A stretch of DNA of 64,000 nt from Candidatus Onthenecus intestinigallinarum (GCA_018713325.1 DVFJ01000017.1:9355-73354), one strand, 5' to 3'; counted from the stretch's first letter, positions 1 to 11,181 are shown. Made by a program: numbers and translations. The notes: a model not told the origin generated them from the letters alone.

Positions 1-501
<501 letters not shown>

Positions 502-540
502 AAGGATTCCCTCTTTCTCTCGATCTGCGGGCCTGCGCGC

Positions 541-2148
541 TCAGGCGCGCGTGGCGGTCTCGGCCAGCTCCAGGCCCTCGTTGTTCTCCAGCGCCCAGCG
601 GATGGACCACTCGTTTTCAAAGAGCAGCACGTCGCGCCCGCGGGCGTCCTCCGCCGCGGAGGTGGTGGAGGTGAGCTTGAGCGCCTCCAGCGGCCGCGGC
701 GTGCGCACGACCCAGCGCACGAACCGGTAGGGCAGCGTCTCGCGGCGGATCTGCGCGTTGTACTCGGTGAGCAGCCGGTGCTCCAGCACCTCAAACTGCA
801 GCATGCCCACCACGCCCACGATGATCTCCTCAAACCCGATGCCGGGCCGGCGGAAGGTCTGGATCGCGCCCTCCTCCGACAGCTGCAGCACGCCCTTGAC
901 GAACTGCTTGCGCTTGAGGCTGTCCACGCTCGTGACGCGCGCGAAGAACTCCGGCGCGAACACCGGGATGCCCGGATAGCGGATGTGCGCGCCGGCGCTG
1001 AGCGTATCGCCCAGCGCGAACAGGCCCGGGTCGAACAGGCCGATGATGTCGCCGGGGTAGGCGCGCTCGACGATCTCGCGCTCGTCGGCCATGAACTGCT
1101 GGGGCTGCTTGAGCTGGATCTGCTTGTCCGTGCCCGAGTGCCACACGGTCATGCCGCGCTCGAACACGCCCGAGCACACGCGCATGAACGCCAGCCGGTC
1201 GCGGTGGGCGGGGTTCATGTTCGCCTGGATCTTGAACACGAAGCCCGTGAACGCCTCCTGGCACGGATCGATCGGGCCCTGGTCGCTCTCGCGCGCGGAG
1301 GGCGGGGGCGTGAAGCGCAAAAACCGCTCCAGGAACGGCTCCACGCCGAAATTCGTGATCGCCGAGCCGAAGAACATCGGCGTCAGCTCGCCCGCGCGCA
1401 CCTTCTGAAGGTCGAACGCGTCGCCGGCCACATCCAGCAGCTCGATCTCGTCGCGCAGGCGCTGCGCGTAGGACGCGCCGATCGCCTCGTCCAGGCCGGG
1501 ATCGTCCACGTCGATCTCCCGCTTGTCCACGCGCGTCTTGCCGTGGTCGCCCGCGGCGTACAGCTCCACCTGGCGCGTGTCGCGGTGGTACACGCCCTTG
1601 AAGTCGCCGTCCACGCCGATGGGCCAGTTGACCGGGCAGGCGCGGATGCCCAGCACCTGCTCCAGCTCCTCCATCAGGGCGAAGGGGTCCTTGGCGGCGC
1701 GGTCCATCTTGTTGACGAACGTGAAGATCGGGATGCCGCGCAGGCGGCAGACCTTGAACAGCTTGATCGTCTGCGCCTCCACGCCCTTGGCCGCGTCGAT
1801 GAGCATGACGGCGCTGTCGGCCGCCACCAGCACGCGGTAGGTATCCTCCGAGAAGTCCTGGTGGCCGGGCGTGTCCAGGATGTTGATGTGAAAGCCGTCG
1901 TACTCGAACTGCATCGCGGACGACGTGACCGAGATGCCGCGCTGCTTCTCGATCTCCATCCAGTCGCTGGTCGCATGGCGCTCGGCCTTGCGCGCCTTGA
2001 CCGAGCCCGCCTGGCGGATCGCGCCGCTGTAGAGCAGCAGCTTCTCCGTCAGGGTGGTCTTGCCCGCGTCCGGGTGCGAGATGATGGCGAACGTCCGCCT
2101 GCGGCGCACCTCTTGCTCCAGCGTCGAAAGAGCGGCGTTTTCCGGCAT
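541..2148 (-). CDS. prfC: Peptide chain release factor 3
   Basis: [55 protein letters not shown]; start set at MPENA after a GGAGG RBS. Confidence 0.97.
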   Translation of the reverse strand: MPENAALSTLEQEVRRRRTFAIISHPDAGKTTLTEKLLLYSGAIRQAGSVKARKAERHATSDWMEIEKQRGISVTSSAMQFEYDGFHINILDTPGHQDFSEDTYRVLVAADSAVMLIDAAKGVEAQTIKLFKVCRLRGIPIFTFVNKMDRAAKDPFALMEELEQVLGIRACPVNWPIGVDGDFKGVYHRDTRQVELYAAGDHGKTRVDKREIDVDDPGLDEAIGASYAQRLRDEIELLDVAGDAFDLQKVRAGELTPMFFGSAITNFGVEPFLERFLRFTPPPSARESDQGPIDPCQEAFTGFVFKIQANMNPAHRDRLAFMRVCSGVFERGMTVWHSGTDKQIQLKQPQQFMADEREIVERAYPGDIIGLFDPGLFALGDTLSAGAHIRYPGIPVFAPEFFARVTSVDSLKRKQFVKGVLQLSEEGAIQTFRRPGIGFEEIIVGVVGMLQFEVLEHRLLTEYNAQIRRETLPYRFVRWVVRTPRPLEALKLTSTTSAAEDARGRDVLLFENEWSIRWALENNEGLELAETATRA

Positions 2149-2272
2149 GCTATTTCCTCCGATTTTTCGTGTGATCGCTTCGCATTCGCCCCCGCGCGAA
2201 ACGGGATGGCGCATAACGGTTTATTATACAACGCGCCGGGCCCGCGCGTCAATTCCCCCGCGCCCGCCGCGC

Positions 2273-2310
2273 AAAAAAAAGGGGGCCCGCCCTGCGGCGG
2301 GACGCCCCTC
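2273..2310 (-). terminator. Intrinsic terminator after the VanW-family gene
   Basis: GC-rich hairpin followed by an 8-T run on the minus strand. Confidence 0.7.
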
Positions 2311-4204
2311 AGTCGATGGAATTGATGACCGTGTAGTCGCCCTGATAGCAGATCTGCGTCGTGGGCTTGTACGTGTCCGTGTAGGCCAGCACGCGCTCCA
2401 CCGGCGTGCCGTTCTGGTAGGTCACCTTGTACACGTCCACCTTGTAGCCATCCGCGCCCTTGCGGTAGACGTAGGGCTCCTGGCCGTAGGTGACGTAGGT
2501 CCCCTCCTTGTCGATGCGGTACTCCGTCTCGTAGGGGATCGTCTCGGCCACCTGACTCTCCAGCTTGTAGCTGTAGCCGTTGGGGTCCGGCCGGCCGTAG
2601 ATGCGGAACACGCAGTTGCCGCCCTTGCCCTCGGAGTACGCCTCGATGTAGATGGGCGCGCCCGTGTTGTTGCGGAAGACGAAGTCCGGCCCGTTGTTGC
2701 CCACCGTCGCGTCCAGGCCCATGTCCAGATAGCCCACGACCAGGCCGTGGTTCGTGCGGCTGACGATCTCCAGCCCCGCGCCGATGACCGCGTTGTACAG
2801 CGTGCTGGACACCTGGCAGATGCCGCCGCCGTAGCCCTCGACGTACTCGCCGTAGGCGATCTCCAGCGCCGCGAACCAGCCCGTGGACTGCTCGCGCCTG
2901 CCCGTCACCGTGTTGAAGGACACCTTCTGCCCGTCCTCCACGACCATGCCGTTGAAGTACGAGCAGCCCTTGGCCACGTTGGCCAGGCGGCCCTCCGTGT
3001 TGCTGGAGGTGTTGCGCAGCGGCGTGCTGAACGAGGCGAGCAGCACGATCTCGTTTTGCAGCTGCGCCACCGTCACCGACGGCTGCAGCGTCTGCGGCGT
3101 GAGCGTCACCGTGCCCGACTCCAGCCGATCGATCATGCCCACGATTTCCTCGTGCGCCTGCGTCGTGTCCAGCGAATAGCCGACCTGCTCCTGCACGTAG
3201 CTGAATGGCGGCACCTTCGTCTCATCCGTCACGCGCTGGGCGTCCACGGCGGGCGTGTCCACCTGCGACTTGATCTCATAGAGCAGCGCGTCGATCGGAC
3301 TCAGGTCATAGGCCAGCGTCGTGTAGCGCCGCTCCGGCTCGCTCTGCAGCGCCTTCACCTGCCGGTAGCGCTCCTGCGACGTGCCCGTGCGCCCCACGTT
3401 CCACAGCTGGTTGATCTGATCGCCCACGTCGTAGCGCATGTTGATCGTGCTGGGCGTGATGCGCGTCACCTCCGACCCGTTGAGCACCACCGACACCGCC
3501 CACGTGCCCAGCGCCTGCGTCACCTGCGCGGAGACCGCGTCGTAGGCCTGCTGCTGCGTCATGCCGCCGATGTTGATGTCGTTGATGTACAGGTTCGGGT
3601 AGAACACGCCCTCGCCCAGCGCGAGCGTGTTGCGCACATCCAGCACGTACAGGCCGCCCGCGCCCACGCCCGTGAGCACTGCCACCAGCACGAGCAGTAT
3701 CAGCGCGCGCGCCCCTCGCCGCCCGCCGTTCCCCCGGCGCTTCTGCGGCGGCGCGCCATAGCGGACGCTCTGCGCATAGCCGGCGCGGGCGGGCTGGCGC
3801 TGCGCCGTACGCGGCTGGGCCGTGCGGGGCTGTGCCGCCTGAGGCTGAACGGTCCGCGGCTTAGCTGCCCGGGGCTGCGCCGCCCGGGGGGCGCCATAGG
3901 CCTGCGTGCGCTGGCGCGGCGGCTGCGACGTCTGCCGCGCCGCCGGACGGGGCTGGGCGGCGGGCTTTCGCTGCGTCGAGCGCTGCTGCGTAGGCTTCTT
4001 TTGCGCCTTGGGCTCCTCACGCACGGCCTCCAGAGCGCGCCGCTTCCACTCGGGTTGTTCCGGCTGTTTGGGCGCAGGGATGGGCGCGCGGCGCGACACA
4101 CCCATGCGCGGCGCGGACGCGTCAGGCCAAATGGCCTGCGCCGGCTCGATCGGAGCGGTCGGTTCCGGGGGGACGCGCCTGCGGCGCGGTCGTCCCGTTT
4201 CCAT
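2309..4204 (-). CDS. VanW-family membrane-anchored protein (YoaR-like; PG-binding, VanW and G5-like domains)
   Basis: GYGGGICQVSSTLYNA and DFVFRNNTGAPIYI VanW motifs; single TM after a Pro/Gln/Arg-rich N-terminus; C-terminal G.DGYKVDVYK...DTYKP. Confidence 0.85.
   Translation of the reverse strand: METGRPRRRRVPPEPTAPIEPAQAIWPDASAPRMGVSRRAPIPAPKQPEQPEWKRRALEAVREEPKAQKKPTQQRSTQRKPAAQPRPAARQTSQPPRQRTQAYGAPRAAQPRAAKPRTVQPQAAQPRTAQPRTAQRQPARAGYAQSVRYGAPPQKRRGNGGRRGARALILLVLVAVLTGVGAGGLYVLDVRNTLALGEGVFYPNLYINDINIGGMTQQQAYDAVSAQVTQALGTWAVSVVLNGSEVTRITPSTINMRYDVGDQINQLWNVGRTGTSQERYRQVKALQSEPERRYTTLAYDLSPIDALLYEIKSQVDTPAVDAQRVTDETKVPPFSYVQEQVGYSLDTTQAHEEIVGMIDRLESGTVTLTPQTLQPSVTVAQLQNEIVLLASFSTPLRNTSSNTEGRLANVAKGCSYFNGMVVEDGQKVSFNTVTGRREQSTGWFAALEIAYGEYVEGYGGGICQVSSTLYNAVIGAGLEIVSRTNHGLVVGYLDMGLDATVGNNGPDFVFRNNTGAPIYIEAYSEGKGGNCVFRIYGRPDPNGYSYKLESQVAETIPYETEYRIDKEGTYVTYGQEPYVYRKGADGYKVDVYKVTYQNGTPVERVLAYTDTYKPTTQICYQGDYTVINSID
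3801..3880. repeat. Degenerate 15-bp coding tandem repeat (QPRAA/QPRTA units)
   Basis: Protein reads AQPRAAKPRTVQPQAAQPRTAQPRTAQ. Confidence 0.5.
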
Positions 4205-4294
4205 GAGGCGGAAGCCTCCTTTCGCTGTAGGTCATGTCATACGCTCCGTTTGACTCCATTGAATCAGACGAAACAGACGGCGCTTTTCTTGCAC

Positions 4295-5092
4295 TCAGGC
4301 CACAGTCAGCAGGCTGCTCCGGCCATCGCGGCGGGCGACTTCCAGGCTCACGTCTTCTCCGACGCGGGCGCCCAGCGCGCTCAGCGCCCGATGCGCGGCC
4401 CCGTAGGCCAGCTCGGGCAGGTTGTTCTCGCCGCTCAGATGCCCCAGCATCACGCCGCGCAGGCCCGTGGGCAGCAGCTGCTCCAGCGCACGGGCGCAGT
4501 CCTCGTTGGCCAGGTGGCCGCTGCGCCCGCGGATACGCCGCTTGAGCGCCGCAGGGTATGGCCCGCGCGCGAGCATGTCCGGGTCGTGGTTGGACTCGAT
4601 GAGCAGCGCCTGCGCGCCGGAGACGGCCTGCATCCATCCGGCCTGCAGGCAGCCCAGATCCGTAGCCACGGCGACCTTGCGCCCGGCATAGTGCAGGCAA
4701 AAGCCGACGGGGTCGGCGGCGTCATGCGGGATGGAAAAGGGCTGCACGCCCAGACCGCCGATGAAGAAATCCTGCCCGGCGCAAAACGCGCGCCGGTTGC
4801 GCAGCGCCACGCCCTGCACTTTGTCCTCCATCGCCTGCCAGGTGCCCTCGCTGGCATACACCGGCAGGCCGAACCGGCGGCTGAGCGCGCCCACGCTGCG
4901 GATATGATCGCTGTGCTCGTGCGTGATCAGGATGCCCGACAGCGCGTCCGGCTTCACGCCCAGCGTCGCCAGCTCGCCCAAAATGGCGCGCACGGACACG
5001 CCCGCATCCACGAGCACGCGCGTATCATCCGCACAGGCGAGCAGGCAGTTGCCGCTCGAGCCGGAAAACAGGGGACAAAACGTAAATTCCAT
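4295..5092 (-). CDS. MBL-fold metallo-hydrolase (YycJ/WalJ-like)
   Basis: LFSGSSGN, THEHSDH, HDAADP, ESNHD, GHLSGENN motifs. Confidence 0.88.
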   Translation of the reverse strand: MEFTFCPLFSGSSGNCLLACADDTRVLVDAGVSVRAILGELATLGVKPDALSGILITHEHSDHIRSVGALSRRFGLPVYASEGTWQAMEDKVQGVALRNRRAFCAGQDFFIGGLGVQPFSIPHDAADPVGFCLHYAGRKVAVATDLGCLQAGWMQAVSGAQALLIESNHDPDMLARGPYPAALKRRIRGRSGHLANEDCARALEQLLPTGLRGVMLGHLSGENNLPELAYGAAHRALSALGARVGEDVSLEVARRDGRSSLLTVA

Positions 5093-5181
5093 CGCGTCAA
5101 GCTTCCTTTGCACAAAAGGGGTTTCGTTTTATTATACCCCGACGGACCCATAAGGGCAAGCCCCAACTGCGCCCAACACGC

Positions 5182-5682
5182 CTAGGGACATACGAAACCC
5201 GCCGCCAGGCATGCCGCCGCCCACGCCAGCAGCGCCGCAGGCACCGCATAGCGCGAACGGCGCGCGCCCGACGCGCCCATGTACAGCGCCAACACATACA
5301 GCAGCGTCTCGTTTGCGCCCGCAGCCACGCTCGCCACCCGCCCCGCGCGGCTGTCCGGCCCACAGACGGAAAACACCTGCTCGAGCATGCCCAGCGCGCC
5401 CGCGCCCGACAGCGGGCGCAGCAGCATCAGCGGCACGGCCTGCTCGGGCAGGCGCAGCGCCGAGAGCGCAGGCGAGAGCAGCGCACATAGCGCATCCGTC
5501 GCGCCCGAGGCCGTGAGCGCCGCCGCCGCCGGCAGCACCGCCAGCAGTGCCGGGGCGATGGACACGGCCGTGCGCAGCCCTGTGCGCGCCCCGCGCACAA
5601 ACGCATCGTACACCGGCACGCGCCGCCATACGCCCAGCAGCACCGCCAGCAGCGCCATTGCCGCCACCACGCGCCCGCCCAC
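5182..5682 (-). CDS. spmB: Spore maturation protein B
   Basis: VYDAFVRGA, LLRPLSGAGA, ETLLYVLALY, SRYAVPAAL; downstream of spmA. Confidence 0.85.
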   Translation of the reverse strand: MGGRVVAAMALLAVLLGVWRRVPVYDAFVRGARTGLRTAVSIAPALLAVLPAAAALTASGATDALCALLSPALSALRLPEQAVPLMLLRPLSGAGALGMLEQVFSVCGPDSRAGRVASVAAGANETLLYVLALYMGASGARRSRYAVPAALLAWAAACLAAGFVCP

Positions 5683-5685
5683 AGC

Positions 5686-6249
5686 TCAATCCCCCCACAG
5701 GCGTGAAAACACCCGGCATGCGCCCACGCCCACCGCCGCCGAAAAGGCCGTCGCCGCCAGCGTGGGCAGCACGATGTCCGCCGGGTCCGCGCTGCCCGCC
5801 GCCGCCCGCAGCGCCACAACGCTCGCCGGAAACAGCTGCACCCCCGCCGCGCCCAGCACCATGAACGTACACATCGCGTCCGTTGCCGCGCCGCCGCGGC
5901 ACTCGCGCCCCAGCAGTTCCATCGCGCGCAGGCCCATGGGCGTGGCCGCGTTGCCCAGGCCCAGCATGTTTGCCGCCAGGTTCGCGCTCATCGCGCGCGC
6001 CGCCTCGCCGTCCGGATCCACGCCCGGAAACAGCCGCGCCATCGGCCGGCGCAGCGCCCGCTGCAGCCCCGCAAGCGCGCCCGCTTCCTCCACAATCTGC
6101 ATCAACCCCGAGAAGAGCGCAAACCCGCCCGCCATGCGTATGCACAGCGTCACCGCCTCCGAAGCGGCCTGTGTCAGCGCCTCCCCGCCGCCTACAAACA
6201 GTGCCGCCGCACACCCGCAGGCCATCAGCACCGCCCAGATTGCGTTCAT
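5686..6249 (-). CDS. spmA: Spore maturation protein A
   Basis: ANMLGLGNAATPMGLRAMELL motif. Confidence 0.92.
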   Translation of the reverse strand: MNAIWAVLMACGCAAALFVGGGEALTQAASEAVTLCIRMAGGFALFSGLMQIVEEAGALAGLQRALRRPMARLFPGVDPDGEAARAMSANLAANMLGLGNAATPMGLRAMELLGRECRGGAATDAMCTFMVLGAAGVQLFPASVVALRAAAGSADPADIVLPTLAATAFSAAVGVGACRVFSRLWGD

Positions 6250-6313
6250 GTTTTCGCCCCCCATTGTTTACTAAAAAACCACGGAAAAAGTTAGAAAATC
6301 CCATGATTTGCGG

Positions 6314-6342
6314 TTGACATTTCGCCCTGCTTCCTTTACAAT
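6314..6342 (+). promoter_or_regulatory. sigmaA promoter of abrB
   Basis: TTGACA-17-TACAAT, with a second TATAAT at 6348-6353. Confidence 0.75.
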
Positions 6343-6403
6343 ATGGATATAATGTGTTGATTATTCCACATTGCCATCTTCAAAACCAAAGGAGGAAGTA
6401 CGC

Positions 6404-6652
6404 ATGAAATCTACCGGTGTCGTCCGCAAGGTGGATGAGCTGGGTCGCATCGTAGTGCCCATCGAGCTGCGCCGCACGCTCGATATCGCCGTCAAAGATA
6501 CGCTCGAAATCTTCGTCGAAGGCGATCAAATCGTCCTTAAAAAATACCATCCTGCCTGCATTTTCTGTGAGAACATCGACGACGTCGTCTCCTACAAGGG
6601 CAAGATGATCTGCAAGGATTGCCTGCGCGAGCTCAAAAACCAGTCGATCTGA
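6404..6652 (+). CDS. abrB: AbrB transition-state regulator
   Basis: MKSTGVVRKVDELGRIVVPIELRRTLDI and a C-terminal CIFC...ICKDC; AAAGGAGG RBS. Confidence 0.95.
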   Translation: MKSTGVVRKVDELGRIVVPIELRRTLDIAVKDTLEIFVEGDQIVLKKYHPACIFCENIDDVVSYKGKMICKDCLRELKNQSI

Positions 6653-6743
6653 CATGCCATCGCCGCCGCCGCGGCGATTTTTTTGTCCCCATGCATGCCT
6701 ATGCGCCCCGCCGGCGCGACATGCACGTCTTTTGTGCGGACAT

Positions 6744-6754
6744 GTTTACTAAAC
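6744..6754. promoter_or_regulatory. Candidate LacI-family operator (TTTACTAAA type)
   Basis: Near-palindrome GTTTACTAAAC upstream of a GalR/EbgR-like LacI gene. Confidence 0.5.
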
Positions 6755-6865
6755 TTTTCCTCATTCATTACCTTCCGTTGGTTGCTTTTTCCCTCCATTG
6801 TTGGTATACTTTTTTCCAGGACCCGGCCGCACTCGCGGCCCGGCGTGCAGGAGGGACTCGAGCGC

Positions 6866-7855
6866 ATGGCCACGATCAAACAGATTGCCCAGATAGCGGG
6901 CGTCTCCCCCGCAACGGTATCGCGCCTGCTCAATGGCGACCCCAAGCTGAGCGTTTCCCCACAGACACGTGAGCGCGTGCACCGCGCCGCCGACCGGCTC
7001 GGCTATCTGCCCCGCCACCCCGTGCGTGCCGCTGGTCCGGCACGTACGATCGGCGTGCTCAAGGGGTTCAGCACCCTCTCGGGCACAGACAGCGCCCCGC
7101 ATCTGTCGCTCTTGCGCGCGGTGGAAGGCGCCTTGCATGCTGCGGGCATGGCCAAGCTGACCGTCACAGGCGATGCGCCGGCGCAGCCCGTCGATGCGCT
7201 GATTGCCTACGGCACGTTTTCCCCAACGCGCATGGAGCGCCTGCGCCGCTGGACGGACAACATCCTCTTCCTGGGCGAAAATCCCGATCCGCTCTCCTTC
7301 GACGCCGTTGTGCCCGGTTTTGACTGGCTGTGCGGCCACCTGTGCGGTTATCTCACAGGGCTCGGCCATAGCCGTGTGGCATACGTCTCCGCAGGCGAAG
7401 AGTTGCCGGATTGTAGCCTGCCCGATCCCATGTCCCGCCACTTTGCCGCCTGGTTGCAAAACCGCAGCGATCTGCCCGCCGAATACCTGCGCCACGCTTC
7501 CTTTTCGCCCGAGAGCGCCTATGCCCATACGCGCGCCCTGCTCGAGCTACCCCGGGCGCCAACCGCCATTCTCTACGCCAGCGATGCCATGGCCGTGGGC
7601 GGATGTCGCGCCATCGCCGAGCGCGGCCTGCGTGTCGGTCTGGATGTGAGCGTCATCGGTCTGGGCGACATGGCCGCCGCCTCTTTTCTCTCGCCTGCGC
7701 TCACAACCGTCTATATCCCCTATGCGCTCATCGCACAGGTCGCCCTTCACATGCTACGCTCGCGCCTGGACGACGGACGTCGCGAGCCCTTGACCGTGTG
7801 CGCGCCCCTATCGCTCGTCGTGCGCGACAGCTGCGGTCCACTGCGTGAAGCCTGA
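6866..7855 (+). CDS. LacI-family transcriptional regulator (EbgR/GalR-like)
   Basis: MATIKQIAQIAGVSPATVSRLLNGDPKLSVS HTH and a periplasmic-binding-like C-terminal domain. Confidence 0.92.
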   Translation: MATIKQIAQIAGVSPATVSRLLNGDPKLSVSPQTRERVHRAADRLGYLPRHPVRAAGPARTIGVLKGFSTLSGTDSAPHLSLLRAVEGALHAAGMAKLTVTGDAPAQPVDALIAYGTFSPTRMERLRRWTDNILFLGENPDPLSFDAVVPGFDWLCGHLCGYLTGLGHSRVAYVSAGEELPDCSLPDPMSRHFAAWLQNRSDLPAEYLRHASFSPESAYAHTRALLELPRAPTAILYASDAMAVGGCRAIAERGLRVGLDVSVIGLGDMAAASFLSPALTTVYIPYALIAQVALHMLRSRLDDGRREPLTVCAPLSLVVRDSCGPLREA

Positions 7856-7861
7856 GCGGAC

Positions 7862-7900
7862 AAACCCCCGACGCGCCTGCGGGCACGCCGGGGGTTTTTG
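7862..7900 (+). terminator. Intrinsic terminator, probably bidirectional
   Basis: AAACCCCCG...CGGGGGTTTTT between convergent genes. Confidence 0.75.
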
Positions 7901-7963
7901 TCTGCACTCGGAGCACCTCAGCGCGACAGGGCATCGCCTGCTGCGCGCCAAGGCCCATTTGCT

Positions 7964-8764
7964 CTATCCGTTGTCATCGGTTGCTATGACCCGGCCCGAA
8001 GCCGGATCCACCTCCGCCACGGCGTGGCAGGCACCCTGCGCGTCCTCAAAGAAAACCATGGCGGTACGCACGCCGAACTGAGGATCCACCAGCCGGCTGA
8101 CCCGCGGGGTCAGCGCCTGCAACGCCTGCTCCGTCATCGGTTCACCGGTCAGCCGGTCAGGCTCGCCATTGCAGGCCAGCGCCTGCGCGGCCTCATACGC
8201 GATCTCCTCGTCGGAGCGCTCTCCAGCCATCGGCTCCGGATAGGCAAAGTAGCTCCCCTGCCTCTCCAACGCCACAGCGCCCTGTGCATCCCACTCCGGC
8301 GGCAGCTCGATCGCACCGTCGCGGCGTACGATCTCGCGCCCGTCCGCCGTGCGGCCCAGCGCCTCCACCAGCGTCCCCGCCTGCTGATAGACCGGATAGT
8401 CCACCGCGCAGTGGGCGCCGTTGTCGGTCCAGGTATAGCCTTCAGACGGGATGCAGCCGGTCAGGCCGTCTTCGCCCGCGCCCAGGCGCACAAGGATTGC
8501 GCCGCCCTCCAGCCGCCGCCAGCCCTCCAGAAATACGCCAGGCGCCAGCGTCGCGATGATCGGCGCATCCGCCGTCTCCCCCGCGCACACCTGTGCGCCC
8601 GCTTCGCCTGTGGCCCATATGGCGCGCATCCAGCCCTGCGTCTCCAGTTCCTGGCTGTCCAGCGCCTCCAGAACTGCAATTGCCTGCGAAGCATTTGAAT
8701 CCGCCTGCGCCGGGCATATCCCGATCAGCAACGCGCACAGCAATGCCAGCATTCCTCTGGGCAT
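7964..8764 (-). CDS. Secreted hypothetical protein
   Basis: Signal peptide (MLALLCALLIGICPAQA); acidic mature region; GGAGG RBS. Confidence 0.65.
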   Translation of the reverse strand: MPRGMLALLCALLIGICPAQADSNASQAIAVLEALDSQELETQGWMRAIWATGEAGAQVCAGETADAPIIATLAPGVFLEGWRRLEGGAILVRLGAGEDGLTGCIPSEGYTWTDNGAHCAVDYPVYQQAGTLVEALGRTADGREIVRRDGAIELPPEWDAQGAVALERQGSYFAYPEPMAGERSDEEIAYEAAQALACNGEPDRLTGEPMTEQALQALTPRVSRLVDPQFGVRTAMVFFEDAQGACHAVAEVDPASGRVIATDDNG

Positions 8765-8788
8765 GTTCTTCCTCCTTCCGGCCGGTCC

Positions 8789-9805
8789 TCACTCGTCTGC
8801 GGGCGGGGCGGTCGAGTCGCGAACGACCAGCACATGGGCGACCGACGCCTCGCGCGCCGGGCCGTCATAGCGCCCGTCGATGCGCTCAAAGAGCATGCGC
8901 ACGCCTTCGCGCGCGAACACGCCGCTGTCATTGGTGACGGTCGTCAGCCGCGGACTGGACAGCGCCGCGTAGGGGATATCGTCCATGCCGGTGACGCTTA
9001 CATCCTGCGGCACGCGCAGCCCGCGCTCCCGCAGCGCCTGTACCGCGCCCAGCGCGATCAGATCGTTGGCGCAGCAGATGGCCGTGGGCGGGCGGCGCAG
9101 CGCCGCGAAGAAGCAGCCCGCGCGGTAGCCGTCCTCCTGCCCAAAACCCGTCTCCAGCACGTCCTCCTGCAGCGGACGCAGCCCCGCCTCGCGCAGCGCG
9201 CGCTCATAGCCCTCCAGCCGGTTGCGTCCAATCACCGAGCCGGGCACGCCGCCCGCGAACGCGATGCGCCGGTGTCCCAGGAAGATCAGATGGCGCGCCG
9301 CCAAATATGTACCCCCCGGCTCGCCCACGTGTACTACATCAAACGGCGCGCGGGCATATGCGTTGAGCCCTACGACCGGGATACCGCTGCCCTGCAGCGC
9401 GCGCATGACGCGCTCCTGCGCGTCCACCGATGCGAAGAGGATGCCCCCCGCATACATCTGCCGCGCCAGGCGCACGGCCTCCTCCTCCTCCTGCGCGCGC
9501 TCGCCGGTGTTGAACAGCGCCATCGCGTACCCGCGCGCCCCTGCCAGGCGCTGCACCTCGCGCGCCATGGCCGAATAGAACGGGTTGCACACATCCGGCA
9601 CCACCAGTAGCACCATGTGCGCGCGCTGTGTCTTGAGGCTGGAGGCCGCCATGCTCGGCGCATAGCGCGTCTCCTCCACGGCGCGGGCGATGCGCAGGCC
9701 TGTCGCCTCATCCACCGGTCCGCTGCGGTTGAGATAGCGCGAGACGGTCGCGATGGACACGCCCGCGCGGCGCGCCACGTCGCGGATGGTTGCCTTGCCC
9801 TGCAC
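8789..9805 (-). CDS. LacI-family transcriptional regulator
   Basis: [25 protein letters not shown]; GTG start after GAGGAGG. Confidence 0.92.
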   Translation of the reverse strand: MQGKATIRDVARRAGVSIATVSRYLNRSGPVDEATGLRIARAVEETRYAPSMAASSLKTQRAHMVLLVVPDVCNPFYSAMAREVQRLAGARGYAMALFNTGERAQEEEEAVRLARQMYAGGILFASVDAQERVMRALQGSGIPVVGLNAYARAPFDVVHVGEPGGTYLAARHLIFLGHRRIAFAGGVPGSVIGRNRLEGYERALREAGLRPLQEDVLETGFGQEDGYRAGCFFAALRRPPTAICCANDLIALGAVQALRERGLRVPQDVSVTGMDDIPYAALSSPRLTTVTNDSGVFAREGVRMLFERIDGRYDGPAREASVAHVLVVRDSTAPPADE

Positions 9806-9834
9806 GCGCGCCGCCTCCTCTCCATGCCGGCCAA

Positions 9835-9968
9835 GTAAAAACGTTTTCATATCATGTGACAACATTATATCGCCGGGCCTGTTTTTTGTCAACCCCTTCC
9901 AGACATCCCACCCTTTTTTGGATGAATTTACGGCGATATGGCATCCGGTCATTCTGTAAACGTTTTTA
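9835..9968. promoter_or_regulatory. Two candidate LacI/cre-type operators
   Basis: GTAAAAACGTTTTCAT (9835-9850) and TGTAAACGTTTTTA (9955-9968); AAAC-GTTT palindromic core upstream of the LacI gene. Confidence 0.6.
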
Positions 9969-10032
9969 TAAACGATACAAAAAAACGGACGGAGGAAGAC
10001 GATTCCTCCGCCCGTACCATGGCAGGATCCGC

Positions 10033-11181
10033 TCAGTCCTCCACCCGGCGGCCGTCGATGAACACGGCGCGCACGCGCGTGGAGATCTCAAAGGGCGAGC
10101 CGTCGGTGACGACCAGGTCGGCGTCCTTGCCCGGCTCCAGGGAGCCGACGCGCTCCTCCACGCCGATGTGGCGCGCGGGGTTGATGGTGATGGCCTTGAG
10201 GGCCTCGAAGGGATCCATGCCCGCCTGCACGGCCAGGCCGGCGCACAGGGGCAGGTACTTCTGGGGGATGACGGGGCTGTCGGTGATGATGGACACCTGG
10301 CAGCCGGCGCGGCAGAGCACGTCCGGGGTGGTCCAGCTCTTGTTGCGCAGCTCGAACTTGGAGGCATGGCCGAGCGTGGGGCCCACGGCCATGGGCACGT
10401 GCTCGGCGGCCAGCTCCTGCGCGACGAGGTGTCCCTCGGTGCAGTGCTCGAGCGTGATCTTCACGCCGAACTCGCGCGCGATGCGCAGCGCGGTGAACAG
10501 GTCGTCCGCCTGGTGCGCGTGCGCCTTGAGCGGCATCTCGCCGCGCACGACGGGCAGCAGCGCGTGGAGCTTCATGTCGAACTTGGGCAGCTTGGACTCG
10601 TCATCTCCGGCGGCGCGCAGCTGGCGGTCGTACTCGCGCGCCTTGAAGAGCATCTCGCGCAGCTTGGCCGCGGTGGACATGCGGCAGGAGTTGCCCTTGT
10701 CGCGGTAGCAGCGCTTGGGGTTCTCGCCAAAGGCGCACTTCATAGCCACCTCGGCCTTGACGAGCATGTTCTCCACGCGCACGCCCCACGGCTTGATCGC
10801 CGCGAACGTGCCGCCCAGCACGTTGGCGCTGCCCGGGCCGATGCACATGCACGTCACGCCCGCCTCGCGCGCCTCGCGCAGCGCCTGGTCCATCGGCTGG
10901 ATGGCGTCGATGGCGCGCAGCTGCGGCGAGAGGATGTCGCCCATCTCGTTGTAGTCCTGGCCCTCGTAGCCGATGCCGTAGCCGTCCAGGCCGCTGTGGC
11001 CGTGCGCCTCGACAAAGCCGGGATACACCTGCAGGCCGTGCGCGTCGAACACCTGCGCGTCCTCACAGTGGATGTCCTTCTCGATGCGCTCGATCTTCCC
11101 GTCGCGCACGAGCACGTCCGCCTGGTACGGCTCGCGATGCACGGCGTCGTGCACCGTGCCGCCCTGAATGAGCAAAAGCAT
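10033..11181 (-). CDS. Metal-dependent amidohydrolase
   Basis: PGFVEAHGHSGL, KCAFGENPK, AHAH, EHCTEG, TINPA, GSLEPGKDADLVV. Confidence 0.9.
   Translation of the reverse strand: MLLLIQGGTVHDAVHREPYQADVLVRDGKIERIEKDIHCEDAQVFDAHGLQVYPGFVEAHGHSGLDGYGIGYEGQDYNEMGDILSPQLRAIDAIQPMDQALREAREAGVTCMCIGPGSANVLGGTFAAIKPWGVRVENMLVKAEVAMKCAFGENPKRCYRDKGNSCRMSTAAKLREMLFKAREYDRQLRAAGDDESKLPKFDMKLHALLPVVRGEMPLKAHAHQADDLFTALRIAREFGVKITLEHCTEGHLVAQELAAEHVPMAVGPTLGHASKFELRNKSWTTPDVLCRAGCQVSIITDSPVIPQKYLPLCAGLAVQAGMDPFEALKAITINPARHIGVEERVGSLEPGKDADLVVTDGSPFEISTRVRAVFIDGRRVED

Noticed and set aside
2309-4204. Vancomycin resistance locus
   Set aside because: A lone VanW-domain gene is common in spore formers; no vanHAX or vanRS nearby
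6350-6375. Spo0A boxes downstream of the abrB promoter
   Set aside because: Only mismatched matches (TTCCACA, TGTTGAT) to TGNCGAA; too weak to call
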